Shown one piece after another: positions 35,902-47,310 of a stretch of 64,000 bases of DNA; positions within the stretch are counted from its first letter, which is position 1, and the number at the start of each line of letters is the position of its first letter. The translations under genes and the position numbers were made by a program. The stretch is taken from assembly GCA_050251945.1 (NCBI GenBank), contig JBFWLW010000008.1:1-64000 (forward strand). Reading direction: 5' to 3'. A model generated the notes under the pieces. That model was not told where the DNA came from, ran no database searches, and saw only the letters and a list, made by a program, of their open reading frames with translations. Source of the DNA: Deferribacterales bacterium. GTDB lineage: Bacteria > Chrysiogenota > Deferribacteres > Deferribacterales > Geovibrionaceae.

Positions 35902-37099
35902 GAATAAGGCTGCAGTGGTCGTAGTCATCACACTTATACAGGCTGGCGTACTCTATCTTGATTCAGCGGCGCTGAGATACGTTCTCAGCGCCATACTGCT
36001 CTCCGCCACATTCATTGTGCTGAAGCTGATGACAAACGACATAAAAAAAAGAGCGGAATACGAGGTCAGAAAAAGCTGCGACAGCCTCGCAGGTTCGATA
36101 AATAAAAAGTTCACCCCCGTAAGCAAGGTTCTGGACGACTACGCCACTCTTCTGACAGTCTTTCAGGAACAGCTCAGGAGCGTGAATTCAGACAGCGAAG
36201 ACGCTACAAATATAATAAGCGGCAATTTTACAGGTATTGTCGATAAAGCTATAGGTCAGTCCAGGATGGCAGGCGACGCACTGTCCAGCTTCACAGGCGA
36301 CACAGGTGAAGAGGGTCAGGGATTTGTGCAGAACAGCCGCCACACTCTGGTGAGCGTCATTACCGAAATGCAGAAAATGGGCGAATATGCCACAAAATCC
36401 AATGACAGTCTGAACGAAGTAATGACCGAGGTGGAGAATATCCGCACAATAGTCGCCAACGTGGGCTATATAGCAGACCAGACAAACCTGCTGGCTCTCA
36501 ACGCCGCAATTGAGGCGGCAAGAGCGGGAGAACACGGCAGAGGATTTGCCGTTGTTGCCGACGAGATACGCAAACTCTCCGAAAAATCAAACGAGTTTGC
36601 AACAGAGATAAAAAAGGCAGTGGACAGCATTTCAGGCAAGGTGAAAACAATCCACGGTCAGTCTGCGAAAGAGGTTGCCAACATCACAAAAGTGACATCA
36701 GACGCACATGCCGACGTGGACAGCACGCTCAACAGACTGGACGAAGCCCTTGAACGCTCCCACAGCATAATAAGCGAAATCCAGCAAAGCTCCATGCAGC
36801 TTGCAGAAGACATAAACGCAATGGTTGTCTCAATGCAGTATCAGGACATAAACAGACAGAGAATAGAACACGTCATAGATCCCCTCGGTATAATGAAATG
36901 TGACATAGACACCATCTCCGGCGGTCTGAAAGACATATCAGAGGTTGGCAAAGGGCTTAACGTACGCGAGCTTACAGACCACCTCAACAGCATATATACG
37001 ATGGAATCCGAACGCGACCTTATAAAGAACGTATCCATCGACGGGAAAAACAGGAAATCGGGCAAACATAAACCAAACGACAACGTCGAACTTTTTTAA
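35885..37099 (+). CDS. Methyl-accepting chemotaxis protein, McpA/CttP-like
   Basis: [51 protein letters not shown]-terminal NVELF. Confidence 0.9.
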   Translation: MDYINKNKAAVVVVITLIQAGVLYLDSAALRYVLSAILLSATFIVLKLMTNDIKKRAEYEVRKSCDSLAGSINKKFTPVSKVLDDYATLLTVFQEQLRSVNSDSEDATNIISGNFTGIVDKAIGQSRMAGDALSSFTGDTGEEGQGFVQNSRHTLVSVITEMQKMGEYATKSNDSLNEVMTEVENIRTIVANVGYIADQTNLLALNAAIEAARAGEHGRGFAVVADEIRKLSEKSNEFATEIKKAVDSISGKVKTIHGQSAKEVANITKVTSDAHADVDSTLNRLDEALERSHSIISEIQQSSMQLAEDINAMVVSMQYQDINRQRIEHVIDPLGIMKCDIDTISGGLKDISEVGKGLNVRELTDHLNSIYTMESERDLIKNVSIDGKNRKSGKHKPNDNVELF

Positions 37100-37115
37100 G
37101 GAAATGAGGTGCTTT

Positions 37116-37460
37116 ATGAACATACATATCGAAAAAACAGAAGACAAACTGAACGCTGTACTCACACTGTCAGGCGACATAAAAGTTCAGCACGCATCCG
37201 AACTGTGCTCTGTGCTGAATGAAGCCGCCAACGAAGAGATTGACACTGCAGTCAATGTCAGCGGCATCGAGAGTGTTGATATGACGTTCTTCCAGCTTAT
37301 GTGCAGCGCACACAGAACATTCAGTGCAAAAGACAGACAGTTCATACTGACAGACGGAAAAAACAGTCTGCTGAAAAAAGGCGCGGCGGCAGGTTTTGTC
37401 CGCCACAAAGGATGTTCAAGAGACAAATACGGCACATGTGCAATGGTTATGGAGAATTAA
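37116..37460 (+). CDS. STAS-domain protein
   Basis: LTLSGDI and VSGIESVD..FFQLMCSAHRT; typical position before cheY. Confidence 0.8.
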   Translation: MNIHIEKTEDKLNAVLTLSGDIKVQHASELCSVLNEAANEEIDTAVNVSGIESVDMTFFQLMCSAHRTFSAKDRQFILTDGKNSLLKKGAAAGFVRHKGCSRDKYGTCAMVMEN

Positions 37461-37463
37461 ATA

Positions 37464-37829
37464 ATGGCAAAAACAATACTTACGGTGGACGATTCCGCCA
37501 GCATCAGACAGATGGTGAAATTTACACTTACGAAAGAAGGATATAACATAATCGAGGCATCAGACGGCAAGGATGCGCTCGCTAAGACGGGCGGCTCGAA
37601 GATCGACATGGTGGTAACCGACCTCAACATGCCCAACATGGACGGCATCACCCTGATAAAAGAGCTTCGGGCCAAGCCCGAATTCCGCTTCACTCCTATC
37701 ATAATGCTTACCACAGAGTCGCAGGACTCTAAAAAAATGGAGGGCAAGGCTGCAGGAGCAACAGGCTGGATAGTTAAACCTTTTCAGCCGGAACAGCTTG
37801 TTACGGTTACTAAAAAAGTTCTGGGGTGA
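37464..37829 (+). CDS. cheY: Chemotaxis response regulator CheY
   Basis: ILTVDDSASIRQMV, TDLNMPNMDG and GATGWIVKPF. Confidence 0.95.
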   Translation: MAKTILTVDDSASIRQMVKFTLTKEGYNIIEASDGKDALAKTGGSKIDMVVTDLNMPNMDGITLIKELRAKPEFRFTPIIMLTTESQDSKKMEGKAAGATGWIVKPFQPEQLVTVTKKVLG

Positions 37830-37832
37830 CAT

Positions 37833-39902
37833 ATGTCAACGGACGTGCATCAGGATGTATTCATTCAGGAGGCGACCGAGCTTTTGCAGGAGCTTGAACA
37901 GTCACTTCTGGAGCTTGAGGACAACTGCGAAGATATGGAGCTGGTGGCGCGGGTTTTCCGTGCCATGCACACCATAAAAGGCTCTGGCGCGATGTTCGGT
38001 TTCGAGAATATCGCCGCGCTGGTACACAGCATTGAAACGTCGTACGATCTGGTGCGCAACGGCAAACTCAACATCACAAAACCGATGCTCGATTACTCGC
38101 TGAAGGCGTGCGACATCATAAAAGAGATGCTGACGGATCCGTCGATGAAAGCGGATTCTCCACTTGCGCTCAAAATATCTGCATTTTTCACGGAAACCGG
38201 CGGTCAGGTTCCTGCTAAAAAACAACACGAACCCGTAAAAAAAGAAGAACTGCTCACCAGACAGAACCTGACAACTTTCCGCATAACTTTCAAGCCTTCG
38301 CCAGACATCCTTCTTTTCGGTTCAAATCCGGAACTTCTGGTTGGTGAACTGGCGGCACTTGGAGAAGCGAGCGTATCCGCGCTGACGACCAACATGCCGC
38401 TTCTTGACGGGATGGAACCGGAAAAATGTTATACATACTGGGAGATAATACTAACAACCGACAAAACTGAAAACGACATACGCGACATCTTTATCTTTGT
38501 TCAGGACGAAAGCGAAATCAATATCAGCGTCATAGACGATTTCACCGGAGGAAGCGAAAGCCTTAAAAAAATAGGCGAAATACTCCTTGAAAAAGGAGAC
38601 ATATCACAGGACGAGCTGAAAGCTCTGATGGATAACCGCAAACTCATAGGCGAGGTCATGGTTGAAAAGGGTATTGTTTCGCAGGACGCTCTGGATGCCG
38701 CCCTGAAAGAACAGCAGCACGTCCGCAACGTGCGCGAGCAGAAAACGGCGGCGGAGAACATCTCATCCGTACGCGTCCCCTCGGAAAGACTGGATTTCCT
38801 CGTCGATCTCGTGGGCGAGCTGGTAACGGTACAGGCAAGACTCAGCCAGATAGCCGTTAAAGAGAACAATCAGGAGATGCTGAAAGTCGCCGAAGAGGTG
38901 GAAAGGCTCGTGTGGGAACTCCGCGACAACACGATGAGCATCCGCATGCTTGAAATAGGCTCCACGTTCAGCAAGTTTAAAAGACTGGTGCGCGATCTGT
39001 CTGCGGAACTCGGTAAAGAAATCGAACTGGTCACACACGGCGGCGAAACGGAAATAGACAAGACTGTCATAGAAAAACTCGGCGATCCGCTGGTGCATCT
39101 CATCCGCAACAGCATAGACCACGGCATTGAAACGCCGCAGGAGCGCGTCGCCGCAGGCAAAGACCCTAAGGGTTATATAAGCCTCTCCGCAACACATTCC
39201 GGCGGGAGCGTGCTTATTGAAATAGCTGACGACGGCAATGGTATCAACAAAGATGCAGTGCTGAAAAAGGCAAAATCAAAAGGACTGATACCTGAAAACG
39301 CCGAACTTTCCGACAAAGAGGTTTTCGATCTCATATTTGCGTCGGGCTTCTCCACCGCAGAAAAGGTTTCCAGCGTCTCCGGCAGGGGTGTCGGTATGGA
39401 TGTGGTGCGCAGAAACATCGAATCCCTGCGCGGCACAATAGACATATCAAGCGTTCAGGGCAAAGGTACCACCATAACACTGAAACTGCCGCTGACGCTC
39501 GCAATAATCGACGGACTGCTGGTGGTCATCGGCGGACAGTTCTTCATCATCCCTCTTTCAATCGTCAACGAATGTATAGAGTTCAACGAAGCCGCACATA
39601 AAAGCAGCTCCGGACGCAGAATCATCATGGTTCGCAACGAACTCATTCCTTACGTCCATCTGCGCAGTTTTTTTAACATTTACGAAGAGGCGCCGGAGAT
39701 TCAGCAGATAGTAATAATAGAGATAGAGAACAGGCGCGTCGGTTTCGTCGTTGATAATGTGGTGGGTGACCATCAGACTGTCATAAAATCACTTGGCAAG
39801 GCTTTCAGAGACATAGAGTGCATTTCCGGCGCGTCGGTACTCGGCGACGGGTCAGTGGCGCTCATTGTTGATGTTCAAAAAATATACACAGGAATCGAGT
39901 AA
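37833..39902 (+). CDS. cheA: Chemotaxis histidine kinase CheA
   Basis: Hpt FRAMHTIKGS; DPLVHLIRNSIDHG; SGRGVGMDVV; LPLTLAI. Confidence 0.97.
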   Translation: MSTDVHQDVFIQEATELLQELEQSLLELEDNCEDMELVARVFRAMHTIKGSGAMFGFENIAALVHSIETSYDLVRNGKLNITKPMLDYSLKACDIIKEMLTDPSMKADSPLALKISAFFTETGGQVPAKKQHEPVKKEELLTRQNLTTFRITFKPSPDILLFGSNPELLVGELAALGEASVSALTTNMPLLDGMEPEKCYTYWEIILTTDKTENDIRDIFIFVQDESEINISVIDDFTGGSESLKKIGEILLEKGDISQDELKALMDNRKLIGEVMVEKGIVSQDALDAALKEQQHVRNVREQKTAAENISSVRVPSERLDFLVDLVGELVTVQARLSQIAVKENNQEMLKVAEEVERLVWELRDNTMSIRMLEIGSTFSKFKRLVRDLSAELGKEIELVTHGGETEIDKTVIEKLGDPLVHLIRNSIDHGIETPQERVAAGKDPKGYISLSATHSGGSVLIEIADDGNGINKDAVLKKAKSKGLIPENAELSDKEVFDLIFASGFSTAEKVSSVSGRGVGMDVVRRNIESLRGTIDISSVQGKGTTITLKLPLTLAIIDGLLVVIGGQFFIIPLSIVNECIEFNEAAHKSSSGRRIIMVRNELIPYVHLRSFFNIYEEAPEIQQIVIIEIENRRVGFVVDNVVGDHQTVIKSLGKAFRDIECISGASVLGDGSVALIVDVQKIYTGIE

Positions 39903-39923
39903 TTTTTTTAATCGGGGGCTATT

Positions 39924-41858
39924 ATGCTTAAGAATCTTAAACTTGGATTGAAGCTTTTCGTAGGCTTCGGACTTCTTATCATCCTGATTATCCTTTCAGG
40001 ATACATGGGTTTCAGCGGTCTTCATAAGGTTGAGGACCGTGCGGAAAAGAACAATGATCTGGCTCAGGTAGTCAGACTGTTTCTGGAAAGCAGACAGCAG
40101 GAGAAGAACTTCATCATGCGTAAGGACTTCGCCACTGCAGAGCTTGTGGACAAAAAAGCTCAGGAGATAATGGAAACTGCCACAAAACTTAAAAACGCTT
40201 TTACCGATCCGGTGAATAAGAAGCAGATGGACGACATAATGTCAAATGCTGACGCATATATCAAATCATTTGACAATTATGTAATTATAGAAAAAGAAAA
40301 AATTGCTCTCATGGAAGGCGTGAACGTCAACTCGAACGATCTGGTAAAGTCTTCCGACAGAGCCATGACAACCTTCAATTCCATTGACGCACAAAAATTC
40401 GTCAGCCAGTTTCTGAAAGTAAGACTCGCCGGAAAAGAGTATATAATCTCACACGACGAGCAGTATCTTCAACAGTATAACGAAAACTACGAGATCGCCG
40501 CAGAAGTCGCCCGCGCACTTTCAGCGGAACATCCGGGCGAACTGACGTCCAACATTGTTAAAGAACTGGGAGAATACAAGACCTCCATAGATGCTTACTT
40601 CGCAAAGATAAAAGAACAGATAACAATAGAAAAAACTCTTGTCGAAAACGCGCGGCTTGCAATGGATGTGGTATCCATGACTGCGGAAGACCAGAAAGGG
40701 AAGATGATGAGCGAAATTGCAGGCGCAATCACCATGATAGTCATATTCGCAGTGGCAGGCATTGCACTCGGACTTTTCATAGGCTTCCTGCTCACCAGAT
40801 CAATCACCGGTCCGCTGTTCAAAGGCGTTAACTTCGCCCAGCAGCTTGCCGAAGGAAACCTCGACGCGCAGCTTGACGTTGATCAGAAAGATGAGGTCGG
40901 TCAGCTTGCCATAGCACTTAAAAATATGGTCAGCAAACTCAGAAGCATCATAACCGACGTGCGGACATCCGCCGACAACGTTGCCGCAGGCTCCAGAGAG
41001 CTCTCAAGCGCTGCACAGGACATGTCCCAAGGCGCAACCGAACAGGCGGCAAGTGCGGAAGAAGCATCCGCGTCCATGGAAGAGATGGCATCCAACATCA
41101 GCCAGAACGCCGACAACGCCCTTCAGACAGAAAAGATAGCGCTGAAAGCGGCAGGCGACGCGAAAGAGGGCGGTCAGGCTGTTCAGCAGACAGTGAAAGC
41201 GATGAAAGAGATAGCCGACAAGATATCCATCATAGAAGAAATAGCACGCCAGACAAACCTGCTGGCTCTCAACGCGGCGATAGAGGCGGCAAGAGCGGGC
41301 GAACACGGAAAAGGTTTCGCGGTTGTTGCGGCGGAGGTTCGCAAGCTTGCAGAGCGCAGTCAGGAAGCGGCGCGTGAGATAAGCGACCTTTCATCATCCA
41401 GCGTTGACATCGCTGAAAAGGCAGGCGGACTGCTCATGCAGATTCTTCCAGACATCCAGAAAACTGCGGAACTTGTTCAGGAGATAACCGCAGGAAGCAG
41501 CGAGATGCGCACAGGCGGCGAACAGATCAACACCGCAATTCAGCAGCTTGATCAGGTGATACAGCGCAACGCGGGAGCATCCGAAGAGATGGCGGCGACT
41601 GCGGAAGAACTCTCCAGCCAATCGGAATCACTTCAGCACGCAGTATCGTTCTTTAAGATGAAAGGGGACGGAAGCTTCAGCGCAAAATACGCATCGCTGA
41701 CAAAAAAAGCCACAAAGACGGCGCTCACAAACAAACATATTGAAAAACCCACAATGGCGGCAAACAAGCCTTCCGCTAAAAAAGACGGCGAAGGTGTACA
41801 CCTTGATCTTTCAGAGGGCAAGAAAGACAACATCGACCTCGATTTTGAAAGCTTCTGA
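39924..41858 (+). CDS. Transmembrane methyl-accepting chemotaxis protein with C-terminal pentapeptide
   Basis: Two TM helices, helical periplasmic domain, HAMP and MA domain; ends DFESF. Confidence 0.95.
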   Translation: MLKNLKLGLKLFVGFGLLIILIILSGYMGFSGLHKVEDRAEKNNDLAQVVRLFLESRQQEKNFIMRKDFATAELVDKKAQEIMETATKLKNAFTDPVNKKQMDDIMSNADAYIKSFDNYVIIEKEKIALMEGVNVNSNDLVKSSDRAMTTFNSIDAQKFVSQFLKVRLAGKEYIISHDEQYLQQYNENYEIAAEVARALSAEHPGELTSNIVKELGEYKTSIDAYFAKIKEQITIEKTLVENARLAMDVVSMTAEDQKGKMMSEIAGAITMIVIFAVAGIALGLFIGFLLTRSITGPLFKGVNFAQQLAEGNLDAQLDVDQKDEVGQLAIALKNMVSKLRSIITDVRTSADNVAAGSRELSSAAQDMSQGATEQAASAEEASASMEEMASNISQNADNALQTEKIALKAAGDAKEGGQAVQQTVKAMKEIADKISIIEEIARQTNLLALNAAIEAARAGEHGKGFAVVAAEVRKLAERSQEAAREISDLSSSSVDIAEKAGGLLMQILPDIQKTAELVQEITAGSSEMRTGGEQINTAIQQLDQVIQRNAGASEEMAATAEELSSQSESLQHAVSFFKMKGDGSFSAKYASLTKKATKTALTNKHIEKPTMAANKPSAKKDGEGVHLDLSEGKKDNIDLDFESF

Positions 41859-41870
41859 AAGGAGTGAGAC

Positions 41871-42386
41871 ATGGAACAAAACACAGCCGTAAAGAACGGC
41901 ACCGATTGTCAGGTTCTGACATTCAGACTGGAGGAAGAGGTTTACGGGGTGGATATAATGTCCGTTCGCGAGGTGCTTGACTTCTCCAGTGTTACAAAGG
42001 TTCCGCATACCCCCGATTTCATGGTCGGGGTAATAAACCTGCGGGGAAACGTCGTACCTGTCGTTGACCTGAAAAAGAAATTCCGCATGGGTGTAACGGA
42101 GCGCAGTGTCAACACATGCATCATAATCGTTGAGGTGCAGATAGACGGTGAATCCACAATTCTGGGCGCACTGGCTGACTCAGTGCAGGAGGTTGTGGAG
42201 TTTGAGAACAACGTCATCGAAGATGCGCCGAGAATCGGCACACAACTCAACACCGCCTTCATAGCGGGCATGGCAAAGCGCGAGACGGGGTTTGTGATAA
42301 TTCTTAACGTGAACGCGGTGTTTTCAATGGGCGAGCTGTCGTCAATAACACAAACACAGCAGCCCGCAGAAGAACATTCGGAATAA
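41871..42386 (+). CDS. cheW: Chemotaxis protein CheW
   Basis: GVINLRGNVVPVVDL. Confidence 0.95.
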   Translation: MEQNTAVKNGTDCQVLTFRLEEEVYGVDIMSVREVLDFSSVTKVPHTPDFMVGVINLRGNVVPVVDLKKKFRMGVTERSVNTCIIIVEVQIDGESTILGALADSVQEVVEFENNVIEDAPRIGTQLNTAFIAGMAKRETGFVIILNVNAVFSMGELSSITQTQQPAEEHSE

Positions 42387-42397
42387 GGAAGGAAACT

Positions 42398-43258
42398 ATG
42401 GATGCGGAACTGATGAACGACCTTTACAATCAGAAACTGACATCCGACGAATTCGGCATCATCCAGACATATATACAAGAAAAATGCGGAATCAGACTGC
42501 CTTTGACCAAAAAAGACATGGTCGAAGGCAGAATCCGCAAACGACTCAAGGCTCTTAGCCTTTCGACATACGGGGACTACATTGCGCTGGTTTTTGACAG
42601 CGCAAACCCCGTGTCCGAAAGAGAACAGCTAAACCTCATCGACACCATCACAACAAATAAGACAGACTTTTTCCGCGAACCGAATCACTTTGAATTTCTT
42701 GCGCAGAAGGTGCTGCCTGAACTGGAAAAACAGGGATACGGCACTGAACGCACTCTGAACGTGTGGAGTTCCGCCTGTTCCACAGGCGAGGAACCATACA
42801 CTCTCGCCATGGTGCTGGCGGAATATTTCGGAATCAAAGGTAACTTTCGGGTATATGCCAGCGACATAAGCTACTCCGTTCTTGAACGTGCAACGAAAGC
42901 AGTTTATACAGAGGAAAAGGCGCTCGGTGTTCCGCATGACCTGAAAAAGAAATATATGCTCCGCTCCAAAGATCAGACCTCCGGTCTGGTGCGTGTCAAA
43001 CCGGAGCTGCGGCAAAAGGTCTCCTTCGGAAGACTGAACCTTATGAACGATAACTATAACCTTCCTGTGGAAATGAACGTAGTTTTCTGCCGGAATGTGA
43101 TAATTTACTTTAATCATCAGACCCAGTATGAGATAATTGGAAAAATATGCCATTATATGCTTAAAGGAGCCTGCCTGTTTCTCGGGCATTCGGAATCCAT
43201 CCACGGGATGGATCTTCCGTTAAGCACGATGGCACCAACTGTCTTTTACAGGATCTGA
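42398..43258 (+). CDS. cheR: Chemotaxis methyltransferase CheR
   Basis: TTNKTDFFRE, WSSACSTGEEPY, FCRNVIIYF and GHSES. Confidence 0.95.
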   Translation: MDAELMNDLYNQKLTSDEFGIIQTYIQEKCGIRLPLTKKDMVEGRIRKRLKALSLSTYGDYIALVFDSANPVSEREQLNLIDTITTNKTDFFREPNHFEFLAQKVLPELEKQGYGTERTLNVWSSACSTGEEPYTLAMVLAEYFGIKGNFRVYASDISYSVLERATKAVYTEEKALGVPHDLKKKYMLRSKDQTSGLVRVKPELRQKVSFGRLNLMNDNYNLPVEMNVVFCRNVIIYFNHQTQYEIIGKICHYMLKGACLFLGHSESIHGMDLPLSTMAPTVFYRI

Positions 43259-43260
43259 GA

Positions 43261-43746
43261 ATGATAAACCATGCCGAAAGTCTTTATCTGAAACCGGGAG
43301 AAATATTTTATGCCGATACGCCTATGGTGGTGAACACTGTCCTTGGCTCATGTGTCAGCATAACAATGTATGCCCACAGACTGGGCATAGGCATGATGAG
43401 CCACTGTATGCTCCCCTCCTCCACCGAATCCATAAAGCGGGGCGAGGACATAATGAAATACGTTGACTGCGCTGTATTGTATATGAACAAAACTATGCTT
43501 AACGCAGGTGCAAATAAAAAAGAGATAGAAGTGAAGCTGTTCGGCGGCAGCAATATGTTCTCGGTCTCGGATGAAGATTCGGGCGTGGGCAACAGAAATA
43601 TCACAGCTTCCGTCAGCATATTGAAAAGTTTGGGCTATACTATCATATCCAGCGACACGGGCGGGCAGTTTACCAGAAAGCTTTACTTCTCACTTGATAC
43701 AGGAACTGTTTACCTGAGAAAGATATCAAAAATACAGGGGTTGTAA
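43261..43746 (+). CDS. cheD: Chemoreceptor deamidase CheD
   Basis: TVLGSCVS, HCMLP, KLFGG and DTGG. Confidence 0.92.
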   Translation: MINHAESLYLKPGEIFYADTPMVVNTVLGSCVSITMYAHRLGIGMMSHCMLPSSTESIKRGEDIMKYVDCAVLYMNKTMLNAGANKKEIEVKLFGGSNMFSVSDEDSGVGNRNITASVSILKSLGYTIISSDTGGQFTRKLYFSLDTGTVYLRKISKIQGL

Positions 43747-43749
43747 CAT

Positions 43750-44832
43750 ATGCCGGGCGAAAACGGAAAACTCAAAGTTCTGGTTATCGACGATTCAGCG
43801 GTCGTACGGCAGGTTTTAACGGAGATACTGCTGTCCGATCCGTCCATAGAAACTGTTGTTGCATGCAGCGACCCTTTCGCCGCAGCGGAGAGGATGAAAA
43901 CGTTCATTCCGAATGTGATCACACTCGACGTTGAAATGCCGAAGATGGACGGCATCACATTTCTTAAAAAACTTATGTGTCAGCACCCCATTCCCGTGGT
44001 GATGTGTTCCAGCCTTACAGAAGAAAACTCCGCAACTGCGCTGAAAGCTATCGAATGCGGTGCAGTTGATATAATACAAAAGCCGAGATCCGGCACGAAA
44101 GCGTTTCTTGAAGAATCCCGGATAATGGTCTGCGACGCGGTTAAGGCGGCGTCAAAGGTTAAAGTGACGCAGATGTGCAACGTTTTCCACGAGATACCGC
44201 CGAAACTCACCGCTGATGCAGTTCTTGAGGCGCCGAGGGGCAACTCCATGATAAAGACCACCGAAAAAGTGATCCTTGTCGGAGCCTCCACAGGCGGAAC
44301 TGAAGCTCTCAGCGTATTCCTGCAGGGACTTCCGGCAGACAGCCCGGGCGTTGTCATTGTTCAGCATATGCCGGAAAACTTCACCGCATCATTTGCAAAC
44401 AGACTGAACGGTCTCTGCCGGGTCACCGTTAAACAGGCGGACGACAGCGACACCGTTATTCCCGGCAGGGTTCTCATAGCGCCCGGCAACAAGCATTTGC
44501 TTATCAAAAGAAGCGGCGCAAGATATTACGTTGAAGTGAAGGACGGTCCTCTCGTCAGCAGACACAGACCGTCGGTGGACGTGCTTTTCCGAAGCGGTGC
44601 CAGATACGTCGGAAAGAACGCGATAGGTGTCATACTCACCGGCATGGGGGACGACGGCGCGAAGGGCATGAAGGAAATGAAAGATGCGGGGGCATTTAAC
44701 ATAGCACAGGATGAAAGAACCAGCGTCGTTTTCGGCATGCCTAAAATGGCGATAGAGGCGGGAGCAGCCGACATTGTTCTGCCGCTGGAAACCATCTCAT
44801 CCGCCGTAATGAAACACTGCATAACAGGATAA
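43750..44832 (+). CDS. cheB: Chemotaxis methylesterase CheB
   Basis: REC domain; [20 protein letters not shown] and LTGMGDDG. Confidence 0.97.
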   Translation: MPGENGKLKVLVIDDSAVVRQVLTEILLSDPSIETVVACSDPFAAAERMKTFIPNVITLDVEMPKMDGITFLKKLMCQHPIPVVMCSSLTEENSATALKAIECGAVDIIQKPRSGTKAFLEESRIMVCDAVKAASKVKVTQMCNVFHEIPPKLTADAVLEAPRGNSMIKTTEKVILVGASTGGTEALSVFLQGLPADSPGVVIVQHMPENFTASFANRLNGLCRVTVKQADDSDTVIPGRVLIAPGNKHLLIKRSGARYYVEVKDGPLVSRHRPSVDVLFRSGARYVGKNAIGVILTGMGDDGAKGMKEMKDAGAFNIAQDERTSVVFGMPKMAIEAGAADIVLPLETISSAVMKHCITG

Positions 44833-44836
44833 TAAC

Positions 44837-47191
44837 ATGTTCCATCTGCTCAACGACTCGGTGACAGTGATAATAGCGGCGATAACGCTTTCGTTCACTT
44901 TTCTGTTCATCTATTATTCCGAGGGCAAACACTATCTGCTGCTTTGGAGCATAGGGTGGGGCGTCAACTCCATATCGGTGCTTTTCCGCGCACTCCCCAT
45001 GATAGCCCCCGGTATAGATGACTTCATATTAATATCAATGGTGCTGAACTATATAAGCAGTATATTCATCGGGCTTGGCGTATATCATTTCGTCTACGGA
45101 AAAGGACCGTCGGTAAAACTCGTGTCCATGCTGATACCTCTCACCCTATTCCCCGGTCTGGCACGTCTTGATAATCCTGAAAACGCTTTTGTGGCTATAG
45201 TCTACACCTTCGCAGGCTCCGTATTCCTCCTTTCGGGACTGGTTCTCATCAGAAAAATAAAAGGCATAGGAAGCCGCGTGGCAGGCATGTCGTTCATCGC
45301 GTGGAGCATCATGATGTTCACTGTCATAATAACCCACAGGAATGTTGAAACGGCATACGAAAATATGCAGATTACTGTATTTCTCACACTGGTTTCCGCT
45401 CTCGGCATAGTCATGATGCACTTTGAAAAGATGCGGTCGGAACTTGACAGTACAAATATGATACTGAAACAGCTCACGGAAACCAATAAAGACATGGTAT
45501 TTTCAATAAAACTGAAACCGAAGCCTTTTGTTGAATACATAAGCATGTCATGCATAAAGCTGACCGGTTATTCTCCGGAAGAGATCATAGGCAGTCCGGC
45601 TTTTCTTGAAAAGATAATGGACAGCGAAAGGATAAGCATTTTAAACAAACTGGCAAACGGTCAGGATGTCAAAAAATACATACACGACGCCTCCACTATC
45701 AAGGCTAAGAACGGTGCCGTGCTTACGTTCGACCTGAACCAGACGATAATCTACGGACTGGACGGAAAACCGGAAAGCGTTATAGGCATTGCACGGGACG
45801 TCACTGAAAAAGCCATGGAAATGGACAGGCTCGCATCGGAAAAAACATGGTACGAACTTATTTTCAAACGATCCAACATCATGACGATGCTTGTGGACAG
45901 CGGCACCATGACCGTAATTGACACCAATTATGCGATGACAAGCTTCTACTGTTACCCGCAGGACGGTATGCAGGGGATGCATATAAGAAAAATGTTCTTT
46001 AACGAAGAGGATTATCTCGATTTCCTGAACAGTGCCGACGAAGGCGCACCCTTCCACTGCGAAAACGTTCTGGCAGACGGAACCAGAATACACGTCACGA
46101 TGCATGCGTCTTTCCTGAAATTCGACAATAAAAACTACATTTTCGTAACCATTCTGGACAAGACCAGCGAAAACTTCCTCGCATACGAACTTTCCAACAT
46201 ACGCGACCTTCACAGGTCTATTCTGGAATCTTTGAACGAAGGGGTCATAGGAATTAATCAGGACGGAACTATTTTCTTCATAAACAACTCGGCAGCGGAA
46301 AAGCTCGGATACCAACCGGACGAACTTATATACAAGGATCATCACAGCACCATACATTACAAAAACACTGACGGCGTACTGACCGATTCCAACTGCGAAA
46401 TACTCTCCTGCCTCCGTAAAGGCGGTTCCGTGAGGAACAAACGGGAGCATTTAGTACATAAGAGCGGGCATGTCATTCCGGTGGTTTTCAATTTCAGTAC
46501 TCTGAAGAATGAGGGCAACATAAACATGGGTGTGCTCATCTTCCGCGATATCACGGAGGAACTGAACGCAGAGGAGCTGATACTTAGCTCTCTGGAAGAG
46601 AACAAAGTGCTGCTGAAAGAACTCCACCACAGGGTCAAGAACAACTTCCAGATGATATGCAGTCTGCTCTCGCTACATGCTGAGGAGCTGGGAGATTCAC
46701 CGGAAAAAGACTTCATAAACGAATGTGTACTCAAGATACTCTCTATGTCGCTCACCCACGAGCTTCTTTTCGAGACAAACAGCTTCTCGAAGCTGGGCGC
46801 AAAACTGTACTTTGAAAAAATGCTCGACAACCTTCTGCGCGCCAGCAACAATACCGGTGAAATATCCCTGATAACCGACATTCAGGATATAAGTCTTATA
46901 CTTGACGAGGCTGTACCCTGCGCACTGATAATAAATGAGCTGTTCACAAATTCAGTCAAATACGCAAAGACCGACCACAAAAAACTGGAGCTGTTCATAC
47001 GGTTTTATGAAGAAAAAGGCGAAAAAATACTGATATTCTGCGACAACGGAACCGGTATCGACGGTATTGAGGATTTCGGCAAAGAAACTTCATACGGTCT
47101 TATGATAATCAAGTCGCTCACACGTCAGGTGAAAGGTTCGATTATGTTTGAAAACAGGGGAGGTCTTCAAGTCACCCTCCGGTATAAATAA
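44837..47191 (+). CDS. Membrane multi-PAS sensor histidine kinase (HisKA_2 type)
   Basis: About 7 N-terminal TM helices; PAS domains; ELHHRVKNNFQ, NELFTNS and DNG.G. Confidence 0.9.
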   Translation: MFHLLNDSVTVIIAAITLSFTFLFIYYSEGKHYLLLWSIGWGVNSISVLFRALPMIAPGIDDFILISMVLNYISSIFIGLGVYHFVYGKGPSVKLVSMLIPLTLFPGLARLDNPENAFVAIVYTFAGSVFLLSGLVLIRKIKGIGSRVAGMSFIAWSIMMFTVIITHRNVETAYENMQITVFLTLVSALGIVMMHFEKMRSELDSTNMILKQLTETNKDMVFSIKLKPKPFVEYISMSCIKLTGYSPEEIIGSPAFLEKIMDSERISILNKLANGQDVKKYIHDASTIKAKNGAVLTFDLNQTIIYGLDGKPESVIGIARDVTEKAMEMDRLASEKTWYELIFKRSNIMTMLVDSGTMTVIDTNYAMTSFYCYPQDGMQGMHIRKMFFNEEDYLDFLNSADEGAPFHCENVLADGTRIHVTMHASFLKFDNKNYIFVTILDKTSENFLAYELSNIRDLHRSILESLNEGVIGINQDGTIFFINNSAAEKLGYQPDELIYKDHHSTIHYKNTDGVLTDSNCEILSCLRKGGSVRNKREHLVHKSGHVIPVVFNFSTLKNEGNINMGVLIFRDITEELNAEELILSSLEENKVLLKELHHRVKNNFQMICSLLSLHAEELGDSPEKDFINECVLKILSMSLTHELLFETNSFSKLGAKLYFEKMLDNLLRASNNTGEISLITDIQDISLILDEAVPCALIINELFTNSVKYAKTDHKKLELFIRFYEEKGEKILIFCDNGTGIDGIEDFGKETSYGLMIIKSLTRQVKGSIMFENRGGLQVTLRYK

Positions 47192-47197
47192 GAAAAG

Positions 47198-47274
47198 GTC
47201 AGATCGCCGCGCTCCTCGCGAAGACGCAAATTGCTGTCTCTGCGAGGAAGCTTTCAGGCTGACGCGGCAGTCTC
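47198..47274. repeat. REP-like inverted pair, family 1
   Basis: AGATCGCCGCG..CTCGCGAAGAC / GTCTCTGCGAGG..CGCGGCAGTCT; a degenerate MITE end TTTATCAACAACCA follows at 47291-47304. Confidence 0.8.
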
Positions 47275-47310
47275 ATTATATTTTAATAAGTTTATCAACA
47301 ACCAAAGCTT

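Noticed and set aside
36478..36560. Nucleotide repeat shared with about 41249-41330
   Set aside because: It encodes the universally conserved chemoreceptor hairpin tip in two MCP paralogues.
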